From the IMG/VR virus record IMGVR_UViG_3300009551_000005, positions 1-64,000 of that record: a stretch of 64,000 nucleotides of DNA; one strand, written 5' to 3'. The translations under genes and the position numbers were made by a program. Below the pieces are notes generated by a model that worked only from the letters and a program-made list of their open reading frames with translations, had not been told where the DNA came from and did no database searches. Shown here in pieces: positions 37,486 to 46,744 of the stretch. This stretch comes from a virus. Within the stretch, counting starts at the first letter, position 1; every line of letters starts with the position of its first letter.

Positions 37486-37509
37486 CCGTCGGTGATCGAT
37501 CACAGACGG
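37486..37509. repeat. 24-bp palindrome, copy 6 (one mismatch)
   Basis: CCGTCGGTGATCGATCACAGACGG between divergent motifs. Confidence 0.95.
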
Positions 37510-37541
37510 TGCTAGCCTCCACCGGAGACGGAGGAATCCCC

Positions 37542-37922
37542 ATGGCGAGGCACGTACCCAACAAGAACAGCGAAACCGCGGTCCGCGCGCCCATCCAGGG
37601 CGGCACGCTCGGTGTCCCCGCGCAGCCCCAGGCCGCGCCGCTTCCAGGCCCGTTCGTTCATCGGCAGCAGGGTCCCAGGCCGCCGGAGAAGAAGCCGCGG
37701 CGCTGGGAGGTGATGGACAACCCGAGGAAGGGCTCCGACGGTGATTGGCGCGTCCTCTTGAACCACGCGGTGGTCATCCTGAAGAGCGGGAGGATCGTGA
37801 CGGCGCTCAACTACAACCTCGATGAGCTCCGCGCACAGGGCGTGAAGCTGAAGCCCCTCGACCCGCCGGACGAGGAGGAGAACAAGCCCGAAGCGGACGG
37901 CGAAGAAGCCGCGGCGGAGTAG
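37542..37922 (+). CDS. hypothetical protein (head module)
   Basis: GGAGG RBS. Confidence 0.65.
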   Translation: MARHVPNKNSETAVRAPIQGGTLGVPAQPQAAPLPGPFVHRQQGPRPPEKKPRRWEVMDNPRKGSDGDWRVLLNHAVVILKSGRIVTALNYNLDELRAQGVKLKPLDPPDEEENKPEADGEEAAAE

Positions 37923-37926
37923 CTCT

Positions 37927-38139
37927 GTGGGAGTGGAGCTCGTCTACTCTTGCGACGTCTGCAAGGACGTGGCTCACGAGAAGGACTTCTACGCGGGCAA
38001 GCCGCGGTGGACCACGATGAACATCAACTCTCCGAGCATCCCCGGCGTGGGCATTGCGCAGGTGGCTCTCTGTTCGGAGAGGTGCCTGGTGAACTGGCAC
38101 GAGAAGGAAGCTCGTAGGCTGAGAGGCGGTGCGCGGTGA
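37927..38139 (+). CDS. small Zn-finger protein
   Basis: CDVC...CSERC. Confidence 0.55.
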   Translation: MGVELVYSCDVCKDVAHEKDFYAGKPRWTTMNINSPSIPGVGIAQVALCSERCLVNWHEKEARRLRGGAR

Positions 38140-38546
38140 CCCAGATCTCTTCGACCAACCGGGTGAAGGCGCGCCATCACATGGGCTACGGCGGCGTCAC
38201 GCAGGCGCAGACGTTCATCTTGGGCGTGCCGGCGGCGACGCAGCAGCAGTTCATGATCGAGAACGCGCTGAACCAGCTTCTCCCCGAGTCGCTCCCCAAG
38301 TTCGAAGAGATCCTCAAGCAACTCGACGGCATCGAGGAGCGTATCTGGAAGGCCATCGGGAACTTCGAGGCGAACAAGGTCGGCAACATCGAGGTCAACA
38401 CGAAGGCCGACCAGGACATGATCCGCGGCTACCTCTTCTTCCAGGGCGCGCTCGCGAACATGCTCCTCGTGCCGCCGAATCCGAACGACATGCGCCCGTG
38501 GATCGGCGGAAGCGGTGGGATCAACGCGCCCGTGATGCACGGATAG
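38136..38546 (+). CDS. head-tail adaptor-like protein
   Basis: Position; RHHMGY motif. Confidence 0.55.
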   Translation: MTQISSTNRVKARHHMGYGGVTQAQTFILGVPAATQQQFMIENALNQLLPESLPKFEEILKQLDGIEERIWKAIGNFEANKVGNIEVNTKADQDMIRGYLFFQGALANMLLVPPNPNDMRPWIGGSGGINAPVMHG

Positions 38547-38569
38547 CAGAGCGGCAGTAGCCTCTCTGC

Positions 38570-38959
38570 ATGAGCCCCTATCGTCAGCCCGGCAAGATCA
38601 CTCCCACCCGCAACCCTCGCAGCGTCTTCGGCGCTGGCCTCCTGATGCTGGCCATCGCGGTGCCCGTCGGCGCGGCCACTTCGTCGACCACGGGATGCGG
38701 CGCTGCCGCCGTCGTTCCGACGGTGGTCTCGCAGTTCCCGCAGTTCGAGCAGCTCTATCAATGCGTGAGCTCCAACTGGGGCAAGCCCGTCGACCAGATC
38801 GTAGGCGCCTGCGGTCAGCAGTTCGCCAACGTCATCGCGGACATCATCGCGGACATCGAGATCACCGCAGGGCTCATCGGCACGCCGAAGGATCCCTACG
38901 CGGCCGAGCCTCGCGTCCAGACGCTCGTCGCTGCCAAGCTCGCCGCGGCGAAGAAGTAG
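38570..38959 (+). CDS. membrane or lipoprotein (possible spanin-like)
   Basis: TM segment followed by TTGC; TAGCCT-N6-ATG. Confidence 0.55.
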   Translation: MSPYRQPGKITPTRNPRSVFGAGLLMLAIAVPVGAATSSTTGCGAAAVVPTVVSQFPQFEQLYQCVSSNWGKPVDQIVGACGQQFANVIADIIADIEITAGLIGTPKDPYAAEPRVQTLVAAKLAAAKK

Positions 38960-38965
38960 GCATAC

Positions 38966-39586
38966 GTGTCCGACATCCGCCCGCTCACGCCCGGGGAGGC
39001 CGAGGACTCGCTCGCCAACCGGCTGAGCGGGATGGCGGACCGCGTGCGCCAGATCCCTACGCGCTTCGGCGCGCGCCCTTACAGGACGTTCCTCGTGTGG
39101 ACGCGGTGGGGAGGGAAGATGCGCGGTGACGGCAACGAGGAGGTCACCAACGAGCTCGAGCTCCTGCCCACGCCGGAGGTCCAGAGCCTCGACGCTGTCA
39201 CCTTCTCCGCGTTCCACGCCGGCAATCTGCCGGTGGGTTCCATCCGCCTGATGGGCGTGTCGGTGCGTCTCTACTCCTACGACATGCTCGTCGGGCGTCT
39301 CATCCCCAAGTGCGTAGATCCCGACAGCGGACGCGTGGAGGTGGCGGCCGCGTACGAGCACCTCCCCCAACCGCTCGACTTCTATTACGAGGTCCGCGAA
39401 GACGGTCGGCAGCTCCCGCTCAGCGTCGACTGCCGGCCGGAGCGGCGTCGCTTCCAGCTCTTCTCGTGGCCATTCAAGAAGGCGGAAGACGTGGAGTGGA
39501 CGCTCATGCTCGAGAAAGCGAGTGGTGACCGCACGCGCGCGGGTCTACCCCAGCTCTCGGAGCGCGGACCGCAGGAGGGTACGTGA
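38966..39586 (+). CDS. head closure/neck protein (putative)
   Basis: Position and size. Confidence 0.5.
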   Translation: MSDIRPLTPGEAEDSLANRLSGMADRVRQIPTRFGARPYRTFLVWTRWGGKMRGDGNEEVTNELELLPTPEVQSLDAVTFSAFHAGNLPVGSIRLMGVSVRLYSYDMLVGRLIPKCVDPDSGRVEVAAAYEHLPQPLDFYYEVREDGRQLPLSVDCRPERRRFQLFSWPFKKAEDVEWTLMLEKASGDRTRAGLPQLSERGPQEGT

Positions 39587-39780
39587 GGTTCGCGCTCGTC
39601 TTCCTCGTTGCGTGCGCGTCCGCTCCTCCGCCTCCGCGTGAAGCGCCCGTCACGTGGTCTTTCTGCGACGGGCTCGCGCCGCCGGAGTGCGCGGAGGAAC
39701 CGCTTTGCGCCGTTCGTCCGGTCACTGATCCGAAAGGCTTCTCGCGTCCGAAGTGCTTCAGCGCTTCTTCAGGACGATGA
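39583..39780 (+). CDS. small Cys-rich lipoprotein
   Basis: MRFALVFLVAC lipobox. Confidence 0.55.
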   Translation: MRFALVFLVACASAPPPPREAPVTWSFCDGLAPPECAEEPLCAVRPVTDPKGFSRPKCFSASSGR

Positions 39781-40075
39781 TCGAAGGCGTCGCGATCATC
39801 TCGTTCTTCAACATGAGCTGACGCATCACGAACCAGCGGTAGGCGACTTCCTCCGCGTGCGCAGCGAGCCACTGAGCCTCACGCACTGCGTCTGCGCCGT
39901 TGCCGATGAGCATCCTTTGGAATGCGATCTCCGCGCGCTTGCGGAGCTCCAAGGTCTCCTCGAGATCCTTTCGCGCTTGGCTCCCCGGCTCGAAGCGCTT
40001 CAGGAGCTCCTGCACGGGGTCACGCGCGCTTGTCACGATCTCGAGCTCGTCCGAGTCGGTGCTGGGGATGCTCAT
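39758..40075 (-). CDS. hypothetical protein
   Basis: GCGGCAT-N10-ATG. Confidence 0.6.
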   Translation of the reverse strand: MSIPSTDSDELEIVTSARDPVQELLKRFEPGSQARKDLEETLELRKRAEIAFQRMLIGNGADAVREAQWLAAHAEEVAYRWFVMRQLMLKNEMIATPSIIVLKKR

Positions 40076-40110
40076 GGCTCGCGCGATGCCGCCCCCGTAC
40101 GATCTTCCTT

Positions 40111-40635
40111 GTGCCGACCTTCGACGCGCTCGATCCCGGGAAGCTTGCCGCGTACCTGAACGGGCAGCTCCGCGACCGCACGCGCAGAGGCATCTACTCC
40201 GCGGCGGTTCTCACGCACCAGGAGATCGTCGTGCGTCTCATCCCCGGGGAGAAGCCTCCGCCGGTGGACCGCGGCGCGTATCGCGCGGGCTGGCGCGTGG
40301 AGATGACGGAGGAGGGCGCGGACATCGTGAACAAGGTGCCGCAGGCGGCCATCATCGAGCTCGGAGTACGCGCGGCGAACGTGAAGCCCGGCAAGGCGAT
40401 GATCGATGCGCTCGCTGAGTGGGCGCGCAGGAAAGGACTGCTCGGTAAGGGAGTGCGACGCGACGATCCGCAGCTCCGCGGCGTCGCATGGGCCATCGCC
40501 ACCGCCATGCGAAAGGGCAAAGGCATCTTCGTGCGAGCTGGACGCGAGGGGCTCCGCATCGCGGAGCGGGGCAAGGAGTTCTTCGAGAAGAAGGCGGTGG
40601 AGGAGGTCGCGAAAGCGATCAGCGAGGGTCCGTGA
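40111..40635 (+). CDS. neck/tail completion protein (HK97 gp10-like)
   Basis: PPVDRGAYRAGW, AAIIELG; TACGAT-N7-GTG. Confidence 0.65.
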   Translation: MPTFDALDPGKLAAYLNGQLRDRTRRGIYSAAVLTHQEIVVRLIPGEKPPPVDRGAYRAGWRVEMTEEGADIVNKVPQAAIIELGVRAANVKPGKAMIDALAEWARRKGLLGKGVRRDDPQLRGVAWAIATAMRKGKGIFVRAGREGLRIAERGKEFFEKKAVEEVAKAISEGP

Positions 40636-41476
40636 ACGGGTGCTTGGAGCTCCACGAGCGCGCGTGCTCGAGGCGCTCGTCGCCCTTCGGGCAGGGTCCA
40701 AGCTCCCCGGTGAACTGGCAGAGTCCAGCCTTGGCACGGAGGCTCTTTCTCATCATGTGGAGCGCGATGCGCGCCGCGAGCCTGCGGTTACCGCGTACCG
40801 CCTCGCGCGTGACGGGTACCGCGCCATCCCTCGAGGAGCATCCGTAGGACCACTCCCGCGCGTCGTCGTAGAGCGCGATGCCCCCGCAGTCGTAGTGCAC
40901 CTGCCAGAGCGAGACCGCGATTCCACCGTCGCAGTCACCCTGCATCATCGTGACCGCGTTCTTCGCACGCCACGCGGAGTCGTTGCACCTTTGGGCGTCC
41001 ACGTACTCGCGGAAGTGTGAGCCCTCGTAGTCGGCCACCGCGGCGAGGAGTATGGCGGTCCGCGCACGAGACTCATCACCCTCAAACGCGGGCTGCTCGC
41101 GAAGTGCCACATGCGCGATGTCGCCGGCGAGCTCCGTGAAGGGCACCGTGGCCTTCGACTCCTTCACCCACGACCGCATCGCCTCGAGGACGTGTGCGGC
41201 GAGGCGCTCCTCGACCTCCGGCGAAACTGTCGGCGGGAGAGGCGCGGGCGGAGCAGAGGAAGACGCGACGGGCACAGAGCTCGGAGCAGGAGGCGTCGGG
41301 ATGGAGACCGCTGCCACTGTCGTAAGAAGGCGCGCCGCGGAGGCGGATGTCATCGGGCGTGGAGAGGTCATCGCGTTGTCCACCGCAAGGATGACTCCGA
41401 GGAGAACGATCGCGGCTGCGAGCACACCGAAGAAGGTGAGCGCGTTCTTGAGTGCGTTTTTCATGGTGTGGTTCAT
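40619..41476 (-). CDS. membrane-anchored lysozyme/transglycosylase-like protein
   Basis: TM anchor, Pro/Ser linker, AVADYEGSHF...DGGIAVSLWQVH. Confidence 0.55.
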   Translation of the reverse strand: MNHTMKNALKNALTFFGVLAAAIVLLGVILAVDNAMTSPRPMTSASAARLLTTVAAVSIPTPPAPSSVPVASSSAPPAPLPPTVSPEVEERLAAHVLEAMRSWVKESKATVPFTELAGDIAHVALREQPAFEGDESRARTAILLAAVADYEGSHFREYVDAQRCNDSAWRAKNAVTMMQGDCDGGIAVSLWQVHYDCGGIALYDDAREWSYGCSSRDGAVPVTREAVRGNRRLAARIALHMMRKSLRAKAGLCQFTGELGPCPKGDERLEHARSWSSKHPFTDPR

Positions 41477-41519
41477 GGCGCGCGCCGGGATGCCGCGCCA
41501 GGGGTGGTAGGCTCTCCGC

Positions 41520-42299
41520 GTGGGCCTCTATGACCTCCTCCGGCAGTTCTTCGGGCCCTTCAAGAGCCCTGCTGGCGATCCGCCGGGGCAACCAGTCTCC
41601 GCGGCGAGCTTCTTCGGGCAGGTGTGGCCACCGCGCAATCCGCCGCCCATCGCAGTGCCGACAGAAGACGGTCGGACCGTCGCGCTGAGGCAGCTCCGCA
41701 CCTACGTGGCCAACCTGACGTTCTTCCGCCCGGGCAACACCGGTGCGCGCCCCATCCCCGTGCGCATTCCTGAAGACCACTTTCACATCGAGTGGCCAGA
41801 GCGCATCGAGGACATGATCATGCCGTGCATTGCGGTGGTGGAGTCCAACGGACCCTACCTCTCCATCGGACTCGGCCCGAGCTACATCGACCCGCGCTCC
41901 GAAGACGTCTACGCGCCAGGCACCGTCGTGCAGTGGCAGGCGGAGTACCGCGAGAAGATCAACCTGGAGATCTGGACAGAAGAGAAGAGCCAGCGACGCG
42001 CCATTCTCGCGGGACTCGAAACCGCGTTCTCTCCGGCGGAGCAGATCTCGGGCGTGCGCTTCCTGATGCCAGGATTCTTCGGGCAGCTCGTCACGTTCGA
42101 CCTCAACGCGCGGCGCATCATCGACGACAAGGACAGCGCGATCCGTCGCCGGCGAGCGCAGGTGGAGATGGGCATGCGTCTCACGACGGTGCGGCTCGTG
42201 AACAAGGTCACGCTGCGCCCGGTGACGAGCGCGGTGGTTGGCTTCCCCGGGGAGGTCGACCTGTCACTCGACGAGAATGCGACCGTGCTGCCTCCCTAG
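41520..42299 (+). CDS. tail terminator-like protein
   Basis: Position before the sheath; TAGGCT-N6-GTG. Confidence 0.55.
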   Translation: MGLYDLLRQFFGPFKSPAGDPPGQPVSAASFFGQVWPPRNPPPIAVPTEDGRTVALRQLRTYVANLTFFRPGNTGARPIPVRIPEDHFHIEWPERIEDMIMPCIAVVESNGPYLSIGLGPSYIDPRSEDVYAPGTVVQWQAEYREKINLEIWTEEKSQRRAILAGLETAFSPAEQISGVRFLMPGFFGQLVTFDLNARRIIDDKDSAIRRRRAQVEMGMRLTTVRLVNKVTLRPVTSAVVGFPGEVDLSLDENATVLPP

Positions 42300-42362
42300 C
42301 CGAGGCGCTCGTCACGGGGGTGGCACCCTGTTACCTTCCGCCGGGAGAGCAAGGAGCAAGCG

Positions 42363-44999
42363 ATGGGAGCCTCGTTCATCCGCCGGTACACGTTCGACCC
42401 CGGCAGCACGGTCCTCCTCAACATCGAGTCGGTCAACATCCTCGACCTCCAGCCGCCGGCGTCCATCACCGGAATCGGCTCGGGGACGGCGATGCTGGTC
42501 GGCGAGTTCGAGGATGGTCCGTTCAACTCGCCGTTCAACGTCGGGTCGACGACCGGCTCGACGGGGCTCGTCACGCTCGCAGGAGCGCTCGGGTACACCT
42601 ACAACGGCGTGCAGGGGCAGTACCCGTGCGCGGTCCAGCGGAAAGCCGACGGCGCGGTCTTGCCGGAATACTGGAACGGCAACGGGTTCGTTCAGCTCAA
42701 CGCGAAGCAGTTCGCGGCGCTCGTCCTCTGCCGCGTGAACACCAGCGTGGGCAGCGTGAGCTTCACGCGCCTCGCGTCGATCACGGGCTCCATCGTCAGC
42801 TACTCGTACCAGCTCTCCGCTTCGCAGGTTCTCGCTCTCGACCTCGGACTCGGAGCCGGCGCGGTGAGCGCGACGTTCTCCGCCGCGGCTGCGACGGTCA
42901 CCGGTTCCGGCGCAACCTTCGCGAGCATCACCGCCGGTCAGACCGCGGTGCTCGGATACGACGGGCAGCCGAACGTCACCGTCACCTTCCAGAGCGGTGA
43001 CAACTCGCAGGCGTGCGCCATCGCGCGCATCAACGCGGTGTTCGGCTTCGCGTTCGCCTCGACCTCTGGCGGGCAGATGTCGCTGACTGGCCTTCAGCAG
43101 GGTAACGGCGGGCAGGTGCGTGTCATCTCCGGCACCGCGCTCACGAATCTCGGGCTCACCGTCGCCAACACGAGCGGGACGGGCAACGTCGCCAACATCA
43201 ATCAGGTGGCGTTCAACGAGGTGCAGTCGGTCATCCAGACCGCCGTCGCTGGCACGAAGGTGGAGCAGGACTCCTCGGGACGTCTGCGCATCTCCAACAC
43301 CGCGACGCCGGGCACGGGCGCCATCACGGTGGCATCTGCGACGACGGCCACGGGCCTTGGGTTCACGGTGGGTCAGCAGGGCACCGCGACGGGTTACGCG
43401 TACCTGACGGGCACCGCGATGACCATCCCGCCGACCTTCGCCGGCGGCGAGACCGTGACGCTCGGGATCGACAACCTCCCGAACTTCGTCACGACGTTCC
43501 AGGCGGGTGACACGACCGCTGCGCTCATCGCTTCGCGCATCAACGCGGCCGCGGTGGCGGCGGGCTACCCCGCGACCGGCTTCACGTTCGCGACGGCGCT
43601 CGGTTCGAGCCCCTTCTACCTGAACCTCCAGGGCTTCACGCAGGGCGGTCAGATCCGCGTCGTTGGCGCGAGCGCGGGCTCGGTGCTCACGAAGCTCGGG
43701 CTCACCGTCGGCACGCAGGTCGGCACGGCGCAGCGCGACGGCACGCTGCCCGCGGGCACGCGCGTCCAAGTCCCCGGCGGAACGCTCTACGTGACGATGC
43801 AGACCATCAGCGTCACGGCCATCGCCATTCCCGGGCAGACCGCGAGCGGCGTGGGTCCGTACAGCGTTCCGGTCCGCTTCGCGGTCGACGACGGCACGGG
43901 TTCCGCGTCTTCTGCGAGCGCGATCACCAGCGTGGTCGCACCGCCGGACATCGCCGCGTTCAGCGTCCTGAATCCGCTGCCCACGACCAACGCGCTCACC
44001 GAGGCGCAGATCGACGCGGCTTACGTCCAGGCGTTCAACTCCACGCTCGACCAGAACGGCGTCGCGTCGGTCGTGAACATCGTCTGGAGCGCGCGCCAGT
44101 CCAACCAGGTGCGCAGCGCGGGCGGACAGAACGCCATCGCCGCGAGCAACGCAGGCCTCTACGGGCGCGTCTTCGTCGGACGCACGCCGATGGGCACCGC
44201 GGAAACCACCGCGTTCAGCACCACCGCGTCGCCAGGCGTCGGTACGTACCGGAGCGACCGGTTCATCTACGTGTGGCCGCAGGTGAACACCTTCGTGCCG
44301 CTCATCGCGCAGCGCGGTCCTGCGGGAGGCGCGGCGTTCAACGCGTCTGGCAACGTGGACGTCGGTGCCGACGGCTTCCTCGCGTCGCTCATGTCGCAGC
44401 TCAACCCCGAAGAGAACCCGGGGCAGGAGACCGGCTTCACTGGCGGCGCGCAGGCGATGGAGACCGCGTTCCAGCCCGGCGGCTCGCAGTACACGGCAAC
44501 GCTCGGCGGCGCGGGTCTCCAGGTCGACGACTACAAGCAGTGCAAGGCGCTCGGCATCTGCGCGCCTCGCTTCGACCAGGGTGTCCTCATCTTCCAGAGC
44601 GGCGTGACCAGCGTCGACCCGGTGGCCAACAGCGGGCTCGCGCCGATCTCGCGCCGGCGTATGGCGGACTTCCTCGAAGACTCGGTCGCACGCTTCGCCG
44701 TCTCGTACGGCAAGAAGCTTTCGACCTACCGCCGGCGCGCGGGTCTCTGCCAGGCCATCCGCATCTTCCTCCGCGGACTCCTCTCCGCGGACGACCTCTC
44801 GCAGCAGAGGATCGGCGGGTTCAAGGTCGACGGGAGCGCGCGGGCAGGCAACACGCCGGCGCTTCTCCAGGCGGGTCTCTTCCGCATCAAGATCAATGTC
44901 CAGCTCCTGCCGTCGATGGACTCCATCGTCCTGGAGTTCAACGTGGGCCAGAACGTGTTCGACGTGACCGAGTCGGTGCCGCTCCAGCTCGCGGCGTAA
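42363..44999 (+). CDS. contractile tail sheath protein
   Basis: 878 aa; LVGEFEDGP N-terminus; FQSGVTS...ISRRRMADFL C-terminus. Confidence 0.88.
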   Translation: MGASFIRRYTFDPGSTVLLNIESVNILDLQPPASITGIGSGTAMLVGEFEDGPFNSPFNVGSTTGSTGLVTLAGALGYTYNGVQGQYPCAVQRKADGAVLPEYWNGNGFVQLNAKQFAALVLCRVNTSVGSVSFTRLASITGSIVSYSYQLSASQVLALDLGLGAGAVSATFSAAAATVTGSGATFASITAGQTAVLGYDGQPNVTVTFQSGDNSQACAIARINAVFGFAFASTSGGQMSLTGLQQGNGGQVRVISGTALTNLGLTVANTSGTGNVANINQVAFNEVQSVIQTAVAGTKVEQDSSGRLRISNTATPGTGAITVASATTATGLGFTVGQQGTATGYAYLTGTAMTIPPTFAGGETVTLGIDNLPNFVTTFQAGDTTAALIASRINAAAVAAGYPATGFTFATALGSSPFYLNLQGFTQGGQIRVVGASAGSVLTKLGLTVGTQVGTAQRDGTLPAGTRVQVPGGTLYVTMQTISVTAIAIPGQTASGVGPYSVPVRFAVDDGTGSASSASAITSVVAPPDIAAFSVLNPLPTTNALTEAQIDAAYVQAFNSTLDQNGVASVVNIVWSARQSNQVRSAGGQNAIAASNAGLYGRVFVGRTPMGTAETTAFSTTASPGVGTYRSDRFIYVWPQVNTFVPLIAQRGPAGGAAFNASGNVDVGADGFLASLMSQLNPEENPGQETGFTGGAQAMETAFQPGGSQYTATLGGAGLQVDDYKQCKALGICAPRFDQGVLIFQSGVTSVDPVANSGLAPISRRRMADFLEDSVARFAVSYGKKLSTYRRRAGLCQAIRIFLRGLLSADDLSQQRIGGFKVDGSARAGNTPALLQAGLFRIKINVQLLPSMDSIVLEFNVGQNVFDVTESVPLQLAA

Positions 45000-45010
45000 G
45001 GAGAAGGACG

Positions 45011-45457
45011 ATGGCAGGGCAGCGCATCCTCGGACAGGAGATCGTGATCCTCATCACGGAGAACGGCGTTCTCCAGGAGACGCTCGACTCCGTCCAGGCG
45101 TTCGAGTTCTCGTGCGACTTCGAGGTGAAGTCCCAGGCCTACATCGGCCTGAAGACGCAGCTCAAAAGATTCGTCTTCAAGGGCATCTCGGGGTCATTCG
45201 ACCTCCACGTGCACACGGCCGATTACTTCACGTTCCTTCAGGACGTGAAGAACACGGCGCAGAGCCTGACGCCCAACACGAACTTCACCGCGTCCGGCGC
45301 GTTCAACTTCCCGAACGGCGACACCGCCGAGACCACGTTCCCCAACCTGGTCTTCGGCAAGATCGATCACAACGTGAAGGCAGCCGGCGACTTCTTCGAC
45401 ATCAAGGTCCCCTTCGAGGGGAGCGACCTCGACATCGAGCTCCAGATCAACGTCTAG
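45011..45457 (+). CDS. tail tube protein
   Basis: 148 aa right after the sheath; GGAG/AAGGA RBS. Confidence 0.8.
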   Translation: MAGQRILGQEIVILITENGVLQETLDSVQAFEFSCDFEVKSQAYIGLKTQLKRFVFKGISGSFDLHVHTADYFTFLQDVKNTAQSLTPNTNFTASGAFNFPNGDTAETTFPNLVFGKIDHNVKAAGDFFDIKVPFEGSDLDIELQINV

Positions 45458-45627
45458 GCGAGGGGTTGTTCCACCGGAGGCGCGCACAGGGCGTCGTCGG
45501 CGGCTCGGGCAACCTCCGACTTCCCCGCCCATCCTCGCCGGGCCTGGATGGGGGAGAGGAGGTCTGGTGAGAGAGCGCCTCCCCAGCCCGGGGCCGTCGT
45601 CGCCCGACTAGAAAGACGAGGAACATC

Positions 45628-46350
45628 ATGGAAGGCATCAAGAGGAGCTTCGGTCCCAAGATCGACAGCAGCGAGCCGTCGGCGGAGGAACGTGCGGCAG
45701 TGGGCGCTGTGGGCGGTCATCCCGCGTTTCGCGACGCACCCCCGCCTGGCGTGCCCAAGGTGAAGACGCGCGCTCCTGAGCAGGAGATCGACGAGGAGGA
45801 CGAATCGGAGCTCGTCGAAGAGGCAGGAGCTCCGCCGGACGACGACAGCCCGGGCAACGCCGCGCAGGACGACGATGACGATCCCAAGCCGAAGCTCAAC
45901 GCGGCGGCTGATGACGTCCCCTACCCGGACTTCGAGGAAGAGGACAACTGGCCGGCGTGGGCGGTCCTTCCCAAGCAGGTGAAGCCGAAGCCCGGCACGC
46001 GCATGGAGTGCTTCAAGTTCGAGGCGGAGCACACCGAGGACCAGCAGGAGCACTGGTGCATCGTCTGGCCGCTCAAGGACAAGGAGCAGGCCAACGCGTA
46101 CAAGAACACCGCCGGCACCGCGGAGCGCGCCATCGCGGAGCTTGCGAAGATGGGTCTGCGCGTCGTCGACGGGCTGCCCGCGCGCTGGGACGTCACGCCG
46201 GCGACGTCGGGCAGTATCATGGGTTTCTGGAACGTCATCGGCGCGAAGGGGCGCCAGATGCTCCAGGAGTGGTACGCGAAGGCTCACGCGTTCTCCAAGG
46301 AGGAGCGGAAGGTTTTTTTCGCGCGCTGCTACGGTTCCAAGAGGGCGTAG
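45628..46350 (+). CDS. tail assembly chaperone (G-like)
   Basis: Between tube and tape measure; slippery site near its end. Confidence 0.7.
   Translation: MEGIKRSFGPKIDSSEPSAEERAAVGAVGGHPAFRDAPPPGVPKVKTRAPEQEIDEEDESELVEEAGAPPDDDSPGNAAQDDDDDPKPKLNAAADDVPYPDFEEEDNWPAWAVLPKQVKPKPGTRMECFKFEAEHTEDQQEHWCIVWPLKDKEQANAYKNTAGTAERAIAELAKMGLRVVDGLPARWDVTPATSGSIMGFWNVIGAKGRQMLQEWYAKAHAFSKEERKVFFARCYGSKRA
46314..46320 (+). other. -1 programmed frameshift site (T TTT TTC) giving a GT-like extension to 46613
   Basis: T7 run in a GC-rich gene; the -1 frame is open and coding-like to 46613. Confidence 0.75.
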
Positions 46351-46705
46351 CAGCGGGGGACGACATCGAGGACGCGCTGGAGGCGCTGGGCGGGGACAGG
46401 ATCTTGCTCGCCTACGCCTTCGCGCAGTCCTGCGACCCGGACGACATGCTGAGGAAGATGAAGCGTCAGCACATCTACCTGTGTCGGTACATGCACGTGT
46501 CGCTCGAGCGCGTCGAGGACATGGATGCCGAGGAGATCCGCGACTACATGGAGGAGCTCTCCGAGGTCATCAAGCAGGAGACTCCCACGCCGGCGGGGCC
46601 CGGCTCGCAGTGAGCTCCCAGCCCGCCGAAGGGGTGCACCTCTCCGGCGGGCCAGTTCCGGCATCCGCCCCGTGGGCGGTCTGACCGACAGCTCTCCTGA
46701 TGCCG

Positions 46706-46729
46706 CCGTCGGTGATCGATCACCGACTG
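46706..46729. repeat. 24-bp palindrome, copy 7 (one mismatch)
   Basis: ...CACCGACTG, then TGG-TAGCGT-N6-ATG of the tape measure gene. Confidence 0.95.
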
Positions 46730-46744
46730 TGGTAGCGTCACCAC

